A DNA stretch of 24,000 nt, from NCBI GenBank assembly GCA_035528035.1, contig DATKZI010000022.1, positions 3,638 through 27,637 on the forward strand, written 5' to 3'. Positions within the stretch are counted from its first letter, which is position 1; each line of letters opens with the position of its first letter. The DNA is from Candidatus Bathyarchaeia archaeon. Its GTDB lineage: Archaea; Asgardarchaeota; Heimdallarchaeia; JABLTI01. This document shows, piece by piece, positions 14,548 to 23,933 of the stretch. The position numbers and the translations under genes were made by a program. A model generated the notes under the pieces. The model searched no databases, was not told the origin of the DNA, and saw only the letters and a program-made list of their open reading frames with translations.

Positions 14548-15873
14548 GTGTCTTCTAATGATAAATATTTAATAAACAAAATCATTGCCCGAGAGGTATT
14601 TGACTCGAGAGGAAATCCCACAATTGAAGTTGAAATACAGACAAAAACTGGGCAAAAAGCACGTGCTATCGTTCCTAGTGGTGCTAGTACAGGTGCTCAT
14701 GAAGCTCTTGAATTACGAGATGGTGATAAAACCCATTACTTAGGTAAAGGTGTTTTAAAAGCTGTTAGTAATGTCCGAGATAAAATTTTTCCTAAGATCA
14801 AAGGATATGATGTCCGAGATATTCCCACAATTGACAATATCATGTTTAATTTAGATGGTACAAAACGCAAACTAAATTTAGGTGCAAACGCTATTCTTAG
14901 TGTTTCGCTTGCCTGCACTAAATTAGCAGCTAAAATTGAAGGTATACCACTTTATGAAAAATTATACCAATTAGCCTATAATAAAAAGGCTAACAAATAT
15001 CAATTGCCTGTTCCTATGGCCAATGTTATAAATGGGGGAAAACATGCTGGTGGAAAACTTGCTCCCCAAGAATTTATGATTATGCCCTTAGGATTCAAAG
15101 ATTTGAGAGAAGCTTTACGTTCTGTTTCTGAAATATATTCTCATCTCAAATTAATCCTTAAAGAAAAATATGGCCCCTCAGTTACCAATGTTGGGGATGA
15201 AGGGGGATTTGGTTCTCCAGTTGATACAAGCAAAGAAGCATTGGATTTGTTAGTCAAAGCAACTGAACAAGCTCAATATGAAGTAGGGAAGGAGATTTGT
15301 TTTGCTCTTGATCCTGCTGCTTCAGAATTTTATAAAAATGAAAAATATCACATTGACGGGGAGACTCTTTCAGAAGGAGAATTAGTTGACTATTGGTATG
15401 ATCTTACACAAACCTATCCAATTGTTAGTATTGAAGATCCATTTAATGAGGAATCATTTGAAGGATTTGCTGAACTTCGTAAAAAAGTTGCTGATAAGGT
15501 ACAAATAGTTGGTGATGATTTGACAGTTACAAATACAGAACGACTTCAGATGGCAATCGATAAAAATTCAATCAATTCCCTACTACTTAAAATCAATCAA
15601 ATAGGTTCTATAACAGAATCGATTGCAGCAGCTAGATTGTGTTGGGAAAACAATTACTCAGTTGTTGTATCTCATCGAAGTGGTGAAACAGAGGATACAA
15701 GTATCGCTGATCTTTCTGTTGGGCTATGTAATGGTCAAATAAAAACAGGTGCAATAGCTCGAGGAGAACGAACTGCGAAATATAATCAGCTTCTACGAAT
15801 TTCTGAAGAATTAGGTAACAAAGCTATTTTTGCAGGAACTAAATTTAGATTAGGTTACAAAGAATTTATTTAG
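14548..15873 (+). CDS. eno: Enolase (phosphopyruvate hydratase)
   Basis: AREVFDSRGNPTIEVE, SGASTG.HEA.ELRDGD, DPAASEF, IVGDDL, KINQIGS.TE, SHRSGETED are canonical enolase motifs. The track starts at GTG 14539, but AGGTG at 14537-14541 favours the in-frame GTG at 14548. Confidence 0.95.
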   Translation: MSSNDKYLINKIIAREVFDSRGNPTIEVEIQTKTGQKARAIVPSGASTGAHEALELRDGDKTHYLGKGVLKAVSNVRDKIFPKIKGYDVRDIPTIDNIMFNLDGTKRKLNLGANAILSVSLACTKLAAKIEGIPLYEKLYQLAYNKKANKYQLPVPMANVINGGKHAGGKLAPQEFMIMPLGFKDLREALRSVSEIYSHLKLILKEKYGPSVTNVGDEGGFGSPVDTSKEALDLLVKATEQAQYEVGKEICFALDPAASEFYKNEKYHIDGETLSEGELVDYWYDLTQTYPIVSIEDPFNEESFEGFAELRKKVADKVQIVGDDLTVTNTERLQMAIDKNSINSLLLKINQIGSITESIAAARLCWENNYSVVVSHRSGETEDTSIADLSVGLCNGQIKTGAIARGERTAKYNQLLRISEELGNKAIFAGTKFRLGYKEFI

Positions 15874-15953
15874 AAAAATGCCTTTTGGGATAATTATCCC
15901 ATAAGAGCTCTTTTTTTTAATGTTAAAGAGTATAATAATAGTGGTGATAGGAA

Positions 15954-16583
15954 TTGCGTATTAAACGAAAGGATCTTGAGATTTTTCTTGAACAACTTGA
16001 GAAAGTCTCAGAACCAAAAATAAAATATGAACAATATGCAAGTCCACCACGAGTTGCTGCAAATCTTCTATGGATTGCTGGATTCGATCATGATGATATT
16101 TTCAACAAAAGTATACTCGATTTGGGATGTGGTTCAGGTATCTTAGCTATTGGAGCTGCTTTTTTCGGAGCGAGAAATGTTACAGGTATTGATATTGATT
16201 TTGATTCCCTTAAAGTAGCAAAAGAAAATTCCCAAACGTTTGATCTAGAAGATAAATGTAATTGGTTATGCATGACCGCAGAGGATTGTTATATAAAAGG
16301 GATTAATACTGTAATAATGAATCCTCCATTTGGTATGCGAAAAGAAAGTATCTCGAGAGACAGACTTTTTCTAAAAACAGCTTTATCTGTATCGTCAACA
16401 GTATATTCAATTAACCCTTATGCTGAAAAAACCCGCTCATTTTTCACAAAATATTGTAAAGAATTGGATGCAGAAATTATTACTATAACCCAAATGAATT
16501 TTGAAATAAAACGTCAATATGATTTTCATAAAAAAGACAAGCATATAATTCTTGTTGATCTCTATCATATAAGGAAAAAATAA
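15954..16583 (+). CDS. METTL5-like / COG2263-type N6-adenine RNA methyltransferase
   Basis: SAM motif I ILDLGCGSGILAIGA and motif IV VIMNPPFG (NPPF). Size is 209 aa. TTG start with GGTGAT 5 nt upstream. Confidence 0.8.
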   Translation: MRIKRKDLEIFLEQLEKVSEPKIKYEQYASPPRVAANLLWIAGFDHDDIFNKSILDLGCGSGILAIGAAFFGARNVTGIDIDFDSLKVAKENSQTFDLEDKCNWLCMTAEDCYIKGINTVIMNPPFGMRKESISRDRLFLKTALSVSSTVYSINPYAEKTRSFFTKYCKELDAEIITITQMNFEIKRQYDFHKKDKHIILVDLYHIRKK

Positions 16584-16602
16584 TCTTATATTGCCTTTTT
16601 CA

Positions 16603-16875
16603 TTAGAATTCATCAAATTGATTTTTTCTAAATTCTTGTATTAGATCGAGTTTCATCCCTCGAGAGAATTTCTTCAATTCAAGTTCTCGTTTAATAGCTT
16701 CTTTTTGACTCGAGAGAATTTCAACATATGAAAGCTTAACTGGACGACGTGTGCTAGTATATTTTGCACCAATTTTACTCGTGTTATGTTGTTCTATTCT
16801 TTTTAGTAAATCCTTGGTATATCCTGTATAAATTGTTCCATCAGCACAAGTGACCATATAGACAAAGAATTTCAT
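16603..16875 (-). CDS. GIY-YIG domain protein (UPF0213/YhbQ-like stand-alone nuclease domain)
   Basis: FVYMVTCADGTIYTGYTKDLLKRIEQHN...E..LK is the GIY-(10 aa)-YTG signature with the conserved R and E. 90 aa. Confidence 0.8.
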   Translation of the reverse strand: MKFFVYMVTCADGTIYTGYTKDLLKRIEQHNTSKIGAKYTSTRRPVKLSYVEILSSQKEAIKRELELKKFSRGMKLDLIQEFRKNQFDEF

Positions 16876-16999
16876 TTATTTTCACAATAAAAGCTTGTTT
16901 TCCTTCAAATAAATGCTTTGAATAGAGTTAAAAAATATTTATAGGAGTAATTAACTTAATGAACCTAGAAGTTCAATTTCAGTAAAAGTTGTGTAAATT

Positions 17000-17299
17000 A
17001 TGTCAAGAAGAAGATCAAGTCTAAGACGTTCAAAATATGAAATCCTAAACGAAATACTAAACATAATTTACTATCAATCTGACCTACCTTTAACAAGGAT
17101 TGCTCGAGCAGCAAACTTACCTGTTGATAGAGCAAAACCATTATTGATATTTTTACAAAATAGAAATTTAATTTATGATGACGAGGATGACGGATTGACT
17201 GTTTTTAGAATTTCTCCTGAAGGAGTAGAATTTCTTGAGTTATTTAAACGTCTTGCGAAACTAGTTCCCCCAGATGATGAAATAGATGAAATTAGCTAG
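17000..17299 (+). CDS. Small winged-helix DNA-binding protein (HTH_45-like)
   Basis: RSKYEILNEILNIIYY..LPLTRIARAANLPVDRAKPLLIFLQNRNLI....FRISPEGVEFLELFKRL matches the small archaeal wHTH family pattern as I recall it. Confidence 0.65.
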   Translation: MSRRRSSLRRSKYEILNEILNIIYYQSDLPLTRIARAANLPVDRAKPLLIFLQNRNLIYDDEDDGLTVFRISPEGVEFLELFKRLAKLVPPDDEIDEIS

Positions 17300-17677
17300 T
17301 TAAATTAATTCAGCTAACTGATTGCAAGATTTCTTTGAGAGTAGTAGAATTAATCCTAGGTTTGCATCTGTCTTGGCAAGAATTGTTAAAACAGCTCTCG
17401 AGGCAACATCAAGAAGGATAATATAGCCATGGTCGCCTAGAATTGAAATATTACTGATTTGGCCTTTCCCTAATTCATTAGTAACTCTTTCAGAAACAGA
17501 GGAAATTGAGGCTGTCATTGCTGAGATCAAATCTTCATCTGCTGAGCTATCTAAAGCGGAATCAATTGGTAAACCTTGTGCAGTAACAAGTAAGCACCCT
17601 TCAACTCCATCATGACCTGCTTTTAATTTGGTCAAGATATTATGAATTTGTTCTACTCGAGAGGACATGATTAACAC
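17300..17677 (-). CDS. Roadblock/LC7 (MglB-like) domain protein
   Basis: ...GVEGCLLVTAQGLPIDS....ISAMTASISSVSERVTNELGKGQISNISILGDHGYIILLDV..RAVLTILAKTDANLGLI is a typical Roadblock/LC7 pattern. Start is either GTG 17677 or ATG 17668. Its stop codon directly abuts the stop of the convergent wH gene. Confidence 0.8.
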   Translation of the reverse strand: MLIMSSRVEQIHNILTKLKAGHDGVEGCLLVTAQGLPIDSALDSSADEDLISAMTASISSVSERVTNELGKGQISNISILGDHGYIILLDVASRAVLTILAKTDANLGLILLLSKKSCNQLAELI

Positions 17678-17987
17678 ACACTTGTAGGAAACAGATTGTT
17701 AGATAAATATATTTTTGCTTAGTGACAAATATTGTTCACACAACTTAATAAATAATGAAATCTTATTGATTAAAACTTTATGTTTTCAGACAAAATGAAG
17801 GTAATAGATGGTTTTTTTAAAGCTAGATGCAATAAAAGTGAAATGACAATATCTCTATGTATAAAATCCATTAGAATTCAAATAACAGAAAAGATTTTAA
17901 TAAGGTAATTTTATGCACAAGGTATAATGTGTAAATTTCAATCTCAATGAATGACATTCGTACTCTCATATCACGAGGTGTAATGAT

Positions 17988-19766
17988 TTGCAAACTAAAA
18001 CGAAAAAAATACTTTGGGTAATAATGATTCTTTCAAGTATTATCCTTGGAGAAAGTTTAGCGGCAGGTGCAATGCCAACTTCAATTCCAAAAAATGAAGT
18101 AACACCAAATCTATTCCATATAGGGCAATTCAACATTAGTATAGTTGTTTCAAAAACAGCTTTTAGTCCTAATGAATTTACAGTCAAGGAAAGTGCTACT
18201 GTAAATGTAACCATCGAAAGCATAGATATTGATCATACATTTTATATTCCAGAGTACGAACTTAATGAAACCATCGCTGCAAATACAACCTATAGTTTTG
18301 TATTTGAGGCAGATATCTTAGGCGAATTTACCTTTACCTCAATGAACTCTACAGGTGAAGGGACAATGATTGTTACAGATCCCTATGTTCCTGATCTTCC
18401 TCGTCCTGAAGATATCAATATAATTCTTGATTATAGTCATCATGATAATTTAACATTGATGTATGAAAAATATGAGACTATCTTTAACTGGTCTAGAAAC
18501 GATAATGATTTTGACTTACTAATAAATGAAAATACCTTCCTAACAGATGAAATTATGAAAGATCTTGAGGTTTTGATACTTCTTGAACCAAATGAGAATT
18601 TAACAGTAAACGAAATCCCGGTGATTAAAAAATTCCTTAATAATGGTGGGAGCTTAATTATTGGTGGTTCACCGGAAACAGCTTTTACAAATGTCTATGA
18701 AATTACAGAGCAATTTGGTTTTACATTTACAAATAGTTCAGCTAGATATATTAATGCAACAATTGTTGGAAGTCCAGTTGGTGAAACAAATACTTTAGGA
18801 GAATTCACAGTATCTGATTTTGCTGATCATCCAATAATTTCTGAGAATCAATATGTGCCGTTAACTGATCAAATAATTTCAAAGATGAAATATACAGGTA
18901 CACTATTGACATTTAATGCTACTTGGGCTGCAGAACGACTTGTAAATAATAACTTAACAGATACCGGCAAAATCATTGATTGTTATACATTAGCAACCGG
19001 TAATGAAACAATATTCGCTGATGCAAATGGTGATACAATAGTTAGTGTAAATGAAACTATTGGTGCTGAAAATACTTTCATAGTTGCAGCTGAATCTGCT
19101 TATAATAGTAGAGTGTTTGCTATAGGTAGTGCTGATCTCTTTAACGAAACCATGATTGGACGAAATCCTGAGAATTTAATATTATATCAACGAGCATTAC
19201 AATGGGTAGCAAAAATGTATGCTATTCTTCAAAGTACTGAATATACTCTAGGTTCTTATGAAGTTTCCAGAAATGATATTATTAATACATCAATTATTAT
19301 AAAAGCTCAAAATAATACAGTTACTGATTCCATAACAGTTTCAATACGAGTATGGCGAAGTTCACGAATAGAGGCAGAATTTGTTTATACTCCAATAAAT
19401 GCTTCTTACTTTGAAGGACAAATCGATACAACAAATATTACTAAGGGAACAGTTTCAATAGATGCAGTGGCTCATAAACGAGGGTATGGATATAATGTTA
19501 CAACTCCCTATTATGTAGAAATTAATCCTCGAGAACCAGGAGAATATTATGTTGCTATACCATACATTATTACTTATGTAATAACCATCATCGTTGGTAT
19601 TGGAGCGATGTCATTATTCTTTATACGTGTTCTTAAGACTCCAAAAACTGTTCGTGAATCAGAAACAACATCTACTGCTGACGATGAAATTGAAGAAGAT
19701 GAAGATACTGTTGATTTAGATGAATATGAAAACGAAGAAGAATCAGAAACACCAGAAGAGGAATAA
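17988..19766 (+). CDS. Type I membrane surface protein: signal peptide, cupredoxin-like domain without Cu ligands, DUF4350/GldG-like domain, C-terminal TM and acidic tail
   Basis: TTG start with GAGGTG 7 nt upstream. Signal peptide MQTKTKKILWVIMILSSIILGESLAAGA. FSPNEFTVKESATVNVTIESIDIDHTFYIPE...GEFTFTS...GTMIV looks like a cupredoxin fold, but no Cys or Met ligands are visible. DLEVLILLEPNENLTVNEIPVIKKFLNNGGSLIIGG is GldG/DUF4350-like. I counted 20 N-x-S/T sequons. TM YYVAIPYIITYVITIIVGIGAMSLFFI is followed by a D/E-rich tail. Confidence 0.75.
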   Translation: MQTKTKKILWVIMILSSIILGESLAAGAMPTSIPKNEVTPNLFHIGQFNISIVVSKTAFSPNEFTVKESATVNVTIESIDIDHTFYIPEYELNETIAANTTYSFVFEADILGEFTFTSMNSTGEGTMIVTDPYVPDLPRPEDINIILDYSHHDNLTLMYEKYETIFNWSRNDNDFDLLINENTFLTDEIMKDLEVLILLEPNENLTVNEIPVIKKFLNNGGSLIIGGSPETAFTNVYEITEQFGFTFTNSSARYINATIVGSPVGETNTLGEFTVSDFADHPIISENQYVPLTDQIISKMKYTGTLLTFNATWAAERLVNNNLTDTGKIIDCYTLATGNETIFADANGDTIVSVNETIGAENTFIVAAESAYNSRVFAIGSADLFNETMIGRNPENLILYQRALQWVAKMYAILQSTEYTLGSYEVSRNDIINTSIIIKAQNNTVTDSITVSIRVWRSSRIEAEFVYTPINASYFEGQIDTTNITKGTVSIDAVAHKRGYGYNVTTPYYVEINPREPGEYYVAIPYIITYVITIIVGIGAMSLFFIRVLKTPKTVRESETTSTADDEIEEDEDTVDLDEYENEEESETPEEE

Positions 19767-19884
19767 ATAACTCTTCTTTTCTAATTTTTTCTCTTTCTTA
19801 TTATTTAAAGACGGATTTTTCAATCTTTGCTCAAGAATAAAGTTTTATAAATTTCATGAAATACTATTCTAACGTGACAGAAAG

Positions 19885-20667
19885 ATGAGTCAACAAGATA
19901 AGGGTATGATAGCACAGCTCAAATCAGAAGCTGAAGCAAATTATAGTGCAAGTAGATGGGAAGATTCAGCAAAAACCTATGAACATTTAGTTGGTCTCGC
20001 ACAAAACAATAATGACTTTGAGCAAGCTATTGATTTTGCTATCGCAGCAATTCGTGCTTGGAATAAAATGCCTGATATGATCCATAGAATAAACAGATTA
20101 TACCAAGCTGTTGGCTTAATTGGTTTAAGGAAAGCTGCTATTGGGTTTGAGGAAATTGCTATCAAAGAAGAAGCAGAAAAGAATCTTAAAGGTGCAGCAA
20201 ATAATTTTGAAGAAGCAGGTAATGGTTATAGTCTAATCCAAAGTTATGATCGAGCAAAACAATGTTACCAATATTCTGTTGAGCTTTTTCATAAACTAGT
20301 AAAAGAGTCTTCAGTAAAAGAGGATTTCGAATCATCAATCCATAATTTAGATCGGATATGTAGTGTTTATGTTAAAATGGCTACTCTATTAAGTAGAGTC
20401 TTAATAGAAAGAAAGGATATTGATAAAAACTTAAGGCAAGCAATAATTACTGAAAAGAATAAATTCGAGGAAGAAATAATCAAATCGAAAAAAGAAAAGG
20501 CTTTTGCTCATGAGAGATTAGCTCAATATTATCTTGATATGAAAAATCCTGATTGTAATCCAATTGCTGAAAAGGAGTATTTGAATGCAATAAAAATACT
20601 TGAGTCTATTGGAGATAATACAAACATTACTAAATTAAACGATAAAATTGAAAAGATACCTAAATAA
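19885..20667 (+). CDS. All-alpha, TPR-like helical repeat protein, unknown function
   Basis: 260 aa with repeated helix-hairpin segments carrying small/aromatic residue patterns (..WEDSAKTYEHLVGLAQ.., ..GAANNFEEAGNGYSLIQSYDRAKQCYQYSVELF.., ..AHERLAQYYLDMKN..AEKEYLNAIKILE..). TATA-like TTTTATAAAT upstream. Confidence 0.55.
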   Translation: MSQQDKGMIAQLKSEAEANYSASRWEDSAKTYEHLVGLAQNNNDFEQAIDFAIAAIRAWNKMPDMIHRINRLYQAVGLIGLRKAAIGFEEIAIKEEAEKNLKGAANNFEEAGNGYSLIQSYDRAKQCYQYSVELFHKLVKESSVKEDFESSIHNLDRICSVYVKMATLLSRVLIERKDIDKNLRQAIITEKNKFEEEIIKSKKEKAFAHERLAQYYLDMKNPDCNPIAEKEYLNAIKILESIGDNTNITKLNDKIEKIPK

Positions 20668-20679
20668 TTCCTAGATAAA

Positions 20680-21120
20680 CTAACATTCTTTATCTATTTT
20701 GTCTTTTTTCAATTTTTCATTTTCTTCCATTAGAAGGTTAATAAATTTTCTTAAATCAGAAGAAAAACTAACAATTAGCTTTTCAGATAATGAATCTTTT
20801 AGAGGACATTCATTATCACAAACTGATTTATTGTTATCCACATCAAAAATTATTGGATAAAATTTACAACCTTGAGGTCGGTTTGAATAAATTTTACATT
20901 GATTATTTTTCAGAAAAAAGCAAGAACCATTAATGTTTTGCAGTTTGTAGAAACCTTCGGAATCCAAAAAACAAAATTCATCTTTTGAAAAACCAAGAGC
21001 TTGAATTCTAGCTATATCTTCTCGAGATAATAACATATCAGTATCTTTACAACATTTAGCACAGGCGAAATTTGAACAGATACCACCAAGACTAATAGAT
21101 TTCAAACAAAACACCATCAC
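20680..21120 (-). CDS. YkgJ/UPF0153-type cysteine-cluster (CxxCxxCC) protein
   Basis: FACAKCCKDTDMLLSREDIARI followed by CFFL..NQCKIYSNRPQGCKFYP matches the putative zinc/iron-chelating CxxCxxCC family. Confidence 0.75.
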   Translation of the reverse strand: MMVFCLKSISLGGICSNFACAKCCKDTDMLLSREDIARIQALGFSKDEFCFLDSEGFYKLQNINGSCFFLKNNQCKIYSNRPQGCKFYPIIFDVDNNKSVCDNECPLKDSLSEKLIVSFSSDLRKFINLLMEENEKLKKDKIDKEC

Positions 21121-21204
21121 ATAGACTATTTAAAAGAAAAATAATATATTGATATATGTTTTCTTGTGAATAAGAAATGAAAAAGAAAATATTAGGTGAA
21201 TACT

Positions 21205-22776
21205 ATGACTCTACCAAAATTAGTGCCTTTAAAATTGAGTACCGCAAATCCTGGTTTCGTGCCTGACTATAAATTTACAATTGAGCTAGCTCAAAAAACT
21301 GGTACTAATGGTCCTAGGGATTTATTTTCTGCTTATACAGTTGATTTCTTTGAGAAATATGCAACCTCTTTTGCGAAAACAATAGAGCATGATGTTTTGA
21401 TTGGTTATGATGGGAGTAGGGTTCATGAATCAATATCAATAAGTGCAAGGGAATATCTCAGAAGAAGTGGGATATCGGTTATGGAATTGGATGGACCTGT
21501 AACGGTTCCTGAATTTATGTTTTCTTGTTACAAATTAGGTAAACCAGGATGCTTTTTCGGGAGAAGTCATAGCCCTCAACAATATATTGGATTGAAACTA
21601 GTTATTAATGGACAAAATGCTTTAGATCTTTTAAAGAAAGCAAAAGTTGAGTTGGATTATCCGAAAAACATTGATCCAAGTAAAATTTACGGATTCTTAC
21701 CAAGAACATTAGCACCAGAAATTGAACGAAATATTGGTGATGATAGAATGGTTCATCCTAAGGATATTGGACAAACAGAAAAAATATCCACTAAAGATAT
21801 GCGAGAAGAATTTTTCTCATCCTTAAAGAAAGTTACTCCAATGGATAAGATAGAAGGAGAATTCATAGTTGATTGTAGACATAGTATGGCTGGAGAAGTT
21901 TGGGAATTAATAAAATCAGAAGTAAATGCTGATATTACTTTACATAATAATAAATTAAATCCCATAGCACCGGACCGAGATCCTCGAGAGATATGGGAAG
22001 TTTTGATTGAAAAATATGCCAATCAACCAAAAGCAGTTTTTGATCATGATGCAGATGCAGATCGGACTTTCTTAGTAAAGATTCCCGGAAAAGGGAGAGA
22101 AACAATAGTTGATAATCAAGAAGAATCATTTACAACTGGATTAGTAGCAGAAGCAAAAATAAGAAAGCCAAATGCCTATGTGTTAGTTCAAGAAAGAGTT
22201 TCTCTAGTAATGCTAACCTCATTAGCCAAATTTACTGATATTGTATACACTACAGCACAAGGGGAACCAGCATTCTTTTTAGGAGTAACAGAATTATTAA
22301 GTAAAAATCCTGATTTTGAGAGAATTTCAGGAGCTGATTATACGAACATTTTCTTCAGTAAATCGCATCCAATTTGCATGAAATCTCCATATCAACAAGC
22401 ATTATGGTTGATGTATTGGTTCACTAACAATGAGAAACTACCAGCATTCCCTGATGTCAGTGTCGCTAAAACAGAGATAGATATGATCAATTTATCATAC
22501 CCACAAAGATTGGAAAAAGTTCTCAAAGCAAGTAAAGAAATAATTGACTATTTCCGAGGAAAATATGAGATAATATATCAAGCAACATTGGATGGACAAA
22601 ATTTGCTGATGAAAGATTCGAAAGAAAATCTGTTAATAATAAGTATAAGACCAAGTGGAACAGGAAGATATACCAAAGTGTACTCAGAAATAGGATTGGG
22701 TAAATCGTCTATTGAAGAACGAATAAAAATTGCACAACAAGTAAATAATGAGATTGAAAAGATAATCGCAAAATAA
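21205..22776 (+). CDS. Divergent alpha-D-phosphohexomutase superfamily protein (PGM/PMM-like)
   Basis: GRSHSPQQYIGLKL (cf. TASHNPxxxNGxK; SHSP replaces SHNP), metal loop DHDADADRT (cf. DGDGDR), and phosphate loop IRPSGTGRYTKVY (cf. RPSGTEP..R.Y). The track starts at GTG 21196, which lies inside the AGGTGA SD, so ATG 21205 is preferred. Confidence 0.7.
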   Translation: MTLPKLVPLKLSTANPGFVPDYKFTIELAQKTGTNGPRDLFSAYTVDFFEKYATSFAKTIEHDVLIGYDGSRVHESISISAREYLRRSGISVMELDGPVTVPEFMFSCYKLGKPGCFFGRSHSPQQYIGLKLVINGQNALDLLKKAKVELDYPKNIDPSKIYGFLPRTLAPEIERNIGDDRMVHPKDIGQTEKISTKDMREEFFSSLKKVTPMDKIEGEFIVDCRHSMAGEVWELIKSEVNADITLHNNKLNPIAPDRDPREIWEVLIEKYANQPKAVFDHDADADRTFLVKIPGKGRETIVDNQEESFTTGLVAEAKIRKPNAYVLVQERVSLVMLTSLAKFTDIVYTTAQGEPAFFLGVTELLSKNPDFERISGADYTNIFFSKSHPICMKSPYQQALWLMYWFTNNEKLPAFPDVSVAKTEIDMINLSYPQRLEKVLKASKEIIDYFRGKYEIIYQATLDGQNLLMKDSKENLLIISIRPSGTGRYTKVYSEIGLGKSSIEERIKIAQQVNNEIEKIIAK

Positions 22777-22787
22777 AATGAAAAAAT

Positions 22788-22808
22788 GCACCACCAAACC
22801 TGTGGTGC
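22788..22808 (+). terminator. Stem-loop 12 nt after the phosphohexomutase stop (possible terminator or RNA-stability element)
   Basis: GCACCAC-CAAACCT-GTGGTGC is a perfect GC-rich 7-bp stem in an AT-rich spacer, followed by TATGATTTAATTTT. Confidence 0.3.
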
Positions 22809-22853
22809 TATGATTTAATTTTGACTTGTATCAGTTAATTAGGTATAAATTAA

Positions 22854-22967
22854 TTATTGCCGTGACTCTGCAGTTGCTGCGAGATAAATCATATAGCCTA
22901 TAACTAATATGCCAATTAATCCAATAACGCTTCCGAGTACTATTAGTAAAATAGCCCACCATAACAT
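22854..22967 (-). CDS. 37-aa single-TM micro-ORF (tentative)
   Basis: ATG at 22967 gives MLWWAILLIVLGSVIGLIGILVIGYMIYLAATAESRQ*. It is a clean TM helix and the most GC-rich part of this spacer. It is in a different frame from the 98-aa track ORF 22831-23127, which looks like low-complexity noise. Confidence 0.3.
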   Translation of the reverse strand: MLWWAILLIVLGSVIGLIGILVIGYMIYLAATAESRQ

Positions 22968-23212
22968 AGTTAACACCAATTAGTATAATAGTATAATGTT
23001 GTTCGAAAGCAGTTATTAAGTTTTTAGTAATCATCACTAAGAATGAAAAATAATCATTAGTAAAAAATTGTGTCATATCTTTATCGGAAAAAAATAGCAA
23101 AAGAATAAAAAACTCAAGAAAAACCAATTAAAAGAAGATAACCATTGATGATAATCTTGCTACGATATTTAACGCAAAATTAAAAAACACAAAAAGAAAT
23201 GGTGACAATTAT

Positions 23213-23318
23213 AGGCCTGTAGTATAGTTAGGATAAAACGCTCGGCTTCGGAAGAGCTTTCAAGTGAAACTCTGAAGTAACCGAGAGACCGGCGGTTCGA
23301 ATCCGTCCAGGCCTGCCA
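23213..23318 (+). tRNA. tRNA-Arg (anticodon UCG) with a 28-nt intron at 37/38 (23252-23279), CCA encoded
   Basis: AGGCCTG/CAGGCCT acceptor, anticodon stem CTCGG/CCGAG, T arm GGCGG-TTCGAAT-CCGTC, G-CCA. Textbook BHB: CTTC|GGA|AGAG-(13 nt)-CTCT|GAAG|TAA. The D stem has one A:A mismatch. Confidence 0.8.
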
Positions 23319-23439
23319 ATTTTTACTAATAATCTGAATTATTTTAATCAGAAATTTGCCTTAATACTTTACTTTAAAGGTTAGTATGGTTAAATGAATG
23401 AAACCAGTTCAAAAAAAGGTTAGGTAATAGTGCAGGTAA

Positions 23440-23925
23440 ATGTCAGAACAATCATTTTGTATGGAATGCGGAAATACATTAGAAAATGGTTCCGTTTTTT
23501 GCAATAAATGTGGTACTAAAGCAGGTACATTTTCAAATCAAATAATTCCCCCTAAGGAAGAAGAAATCACAATAACACCAGATTACTCTATGCAACAACC
23601 TGAAAATCCACCAACTTTTGGTTATGATAATTCTGATGTATTTGCTACACCAGTAGCACTGGGTGATCAAACACAAGCCCCTAAAAAAATTAAAAATCCA
23701 GTTGCTTTAGCAGCTGTTATTATTGATGTCCTTGGTATGCTATTTTTCATTATGAATGACAGTGTTGGGCAATGGCTAGCATTTGGATTAGGTATTACGG
23801 GTATAGTTGTAGCGATAATATCCTTCTTCTTCAAAAAAGATAGACCTCTATCAGTCGTTGGAACAATATTAGGTGTGGTTGTAATAGTTGCCTGGGCTTC
23901 GATTGTCTATAATTGGCCTTTCTAA
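23440..23925 (+). CDS. Zinc-ribbon membrane protein (N-terminal CxxC..CxxC, Pro-rich linker, two C-terminal TM helices)
   Basis: FCMECGNTLENGSVFCNKCG, then a P/Q-rich linker, then VALAAVIIDVLGMLFFI and WLAFGLGITGIVVAIISFFF / VVGTILGVVVIVAWASIV. Confidence 0.65.
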   Translation: MSEQSFCMECGNTLENGSVFCNKCGTKAGTFSNQIIPPKEEEITITPDYSMQQPENPPTFGYDNSDVFATPVALGDQTQAPKKIKNPVALAAVIIDVLGMLFFIMNDSVGQWLAFGLGITGIVVAIISFFFKKDRPLSVVGTILGVVVIVAWASIVYNWPF

Positions 23926-23933
23926 AAGAAAAA

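Noticed and set aside
19885-20667. Alpha-SNAP/Sec17-like identity for the TPR-like protein
   Set aside because: The only basis is a vague resemblance of AANNFEEAGNGY... to SNAP helical-hairpin patterns. I cannot align enough conserved positions by eye, so the call stays generic TPR-like.
1566-21129. Antisense or shadow track ORFs nested in stronger genes: 1566-1802, 3903-4124, 4611-4859, 5558-5752, 6506-6697, 6514-6771, 7835-8038, 9078-9413, 10607-10840, 10929-11165, 11576-11815, 11914-12135, 11984-12169, 12253-12459, 12508-12795, 13006-13188, 14736-14918, 16088-16273, 17966-18223, 19977-20165, 21753-22022, 21935-22129
   Set aside because: Each overlaps a gene with clear family motifs or better start signals. 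None shows recognisable motifs, an SD site or a sensible composition.
22831-23127. 98-aa track ORF in the spacer before tRNA-Arg(UCG)
   Set aside because: It has a low-complexity F/L/I/Y/N composition and no SD or promoter. A cleaner 37-aa TM micro-ORF occupies another frame of the only GC-richer part.
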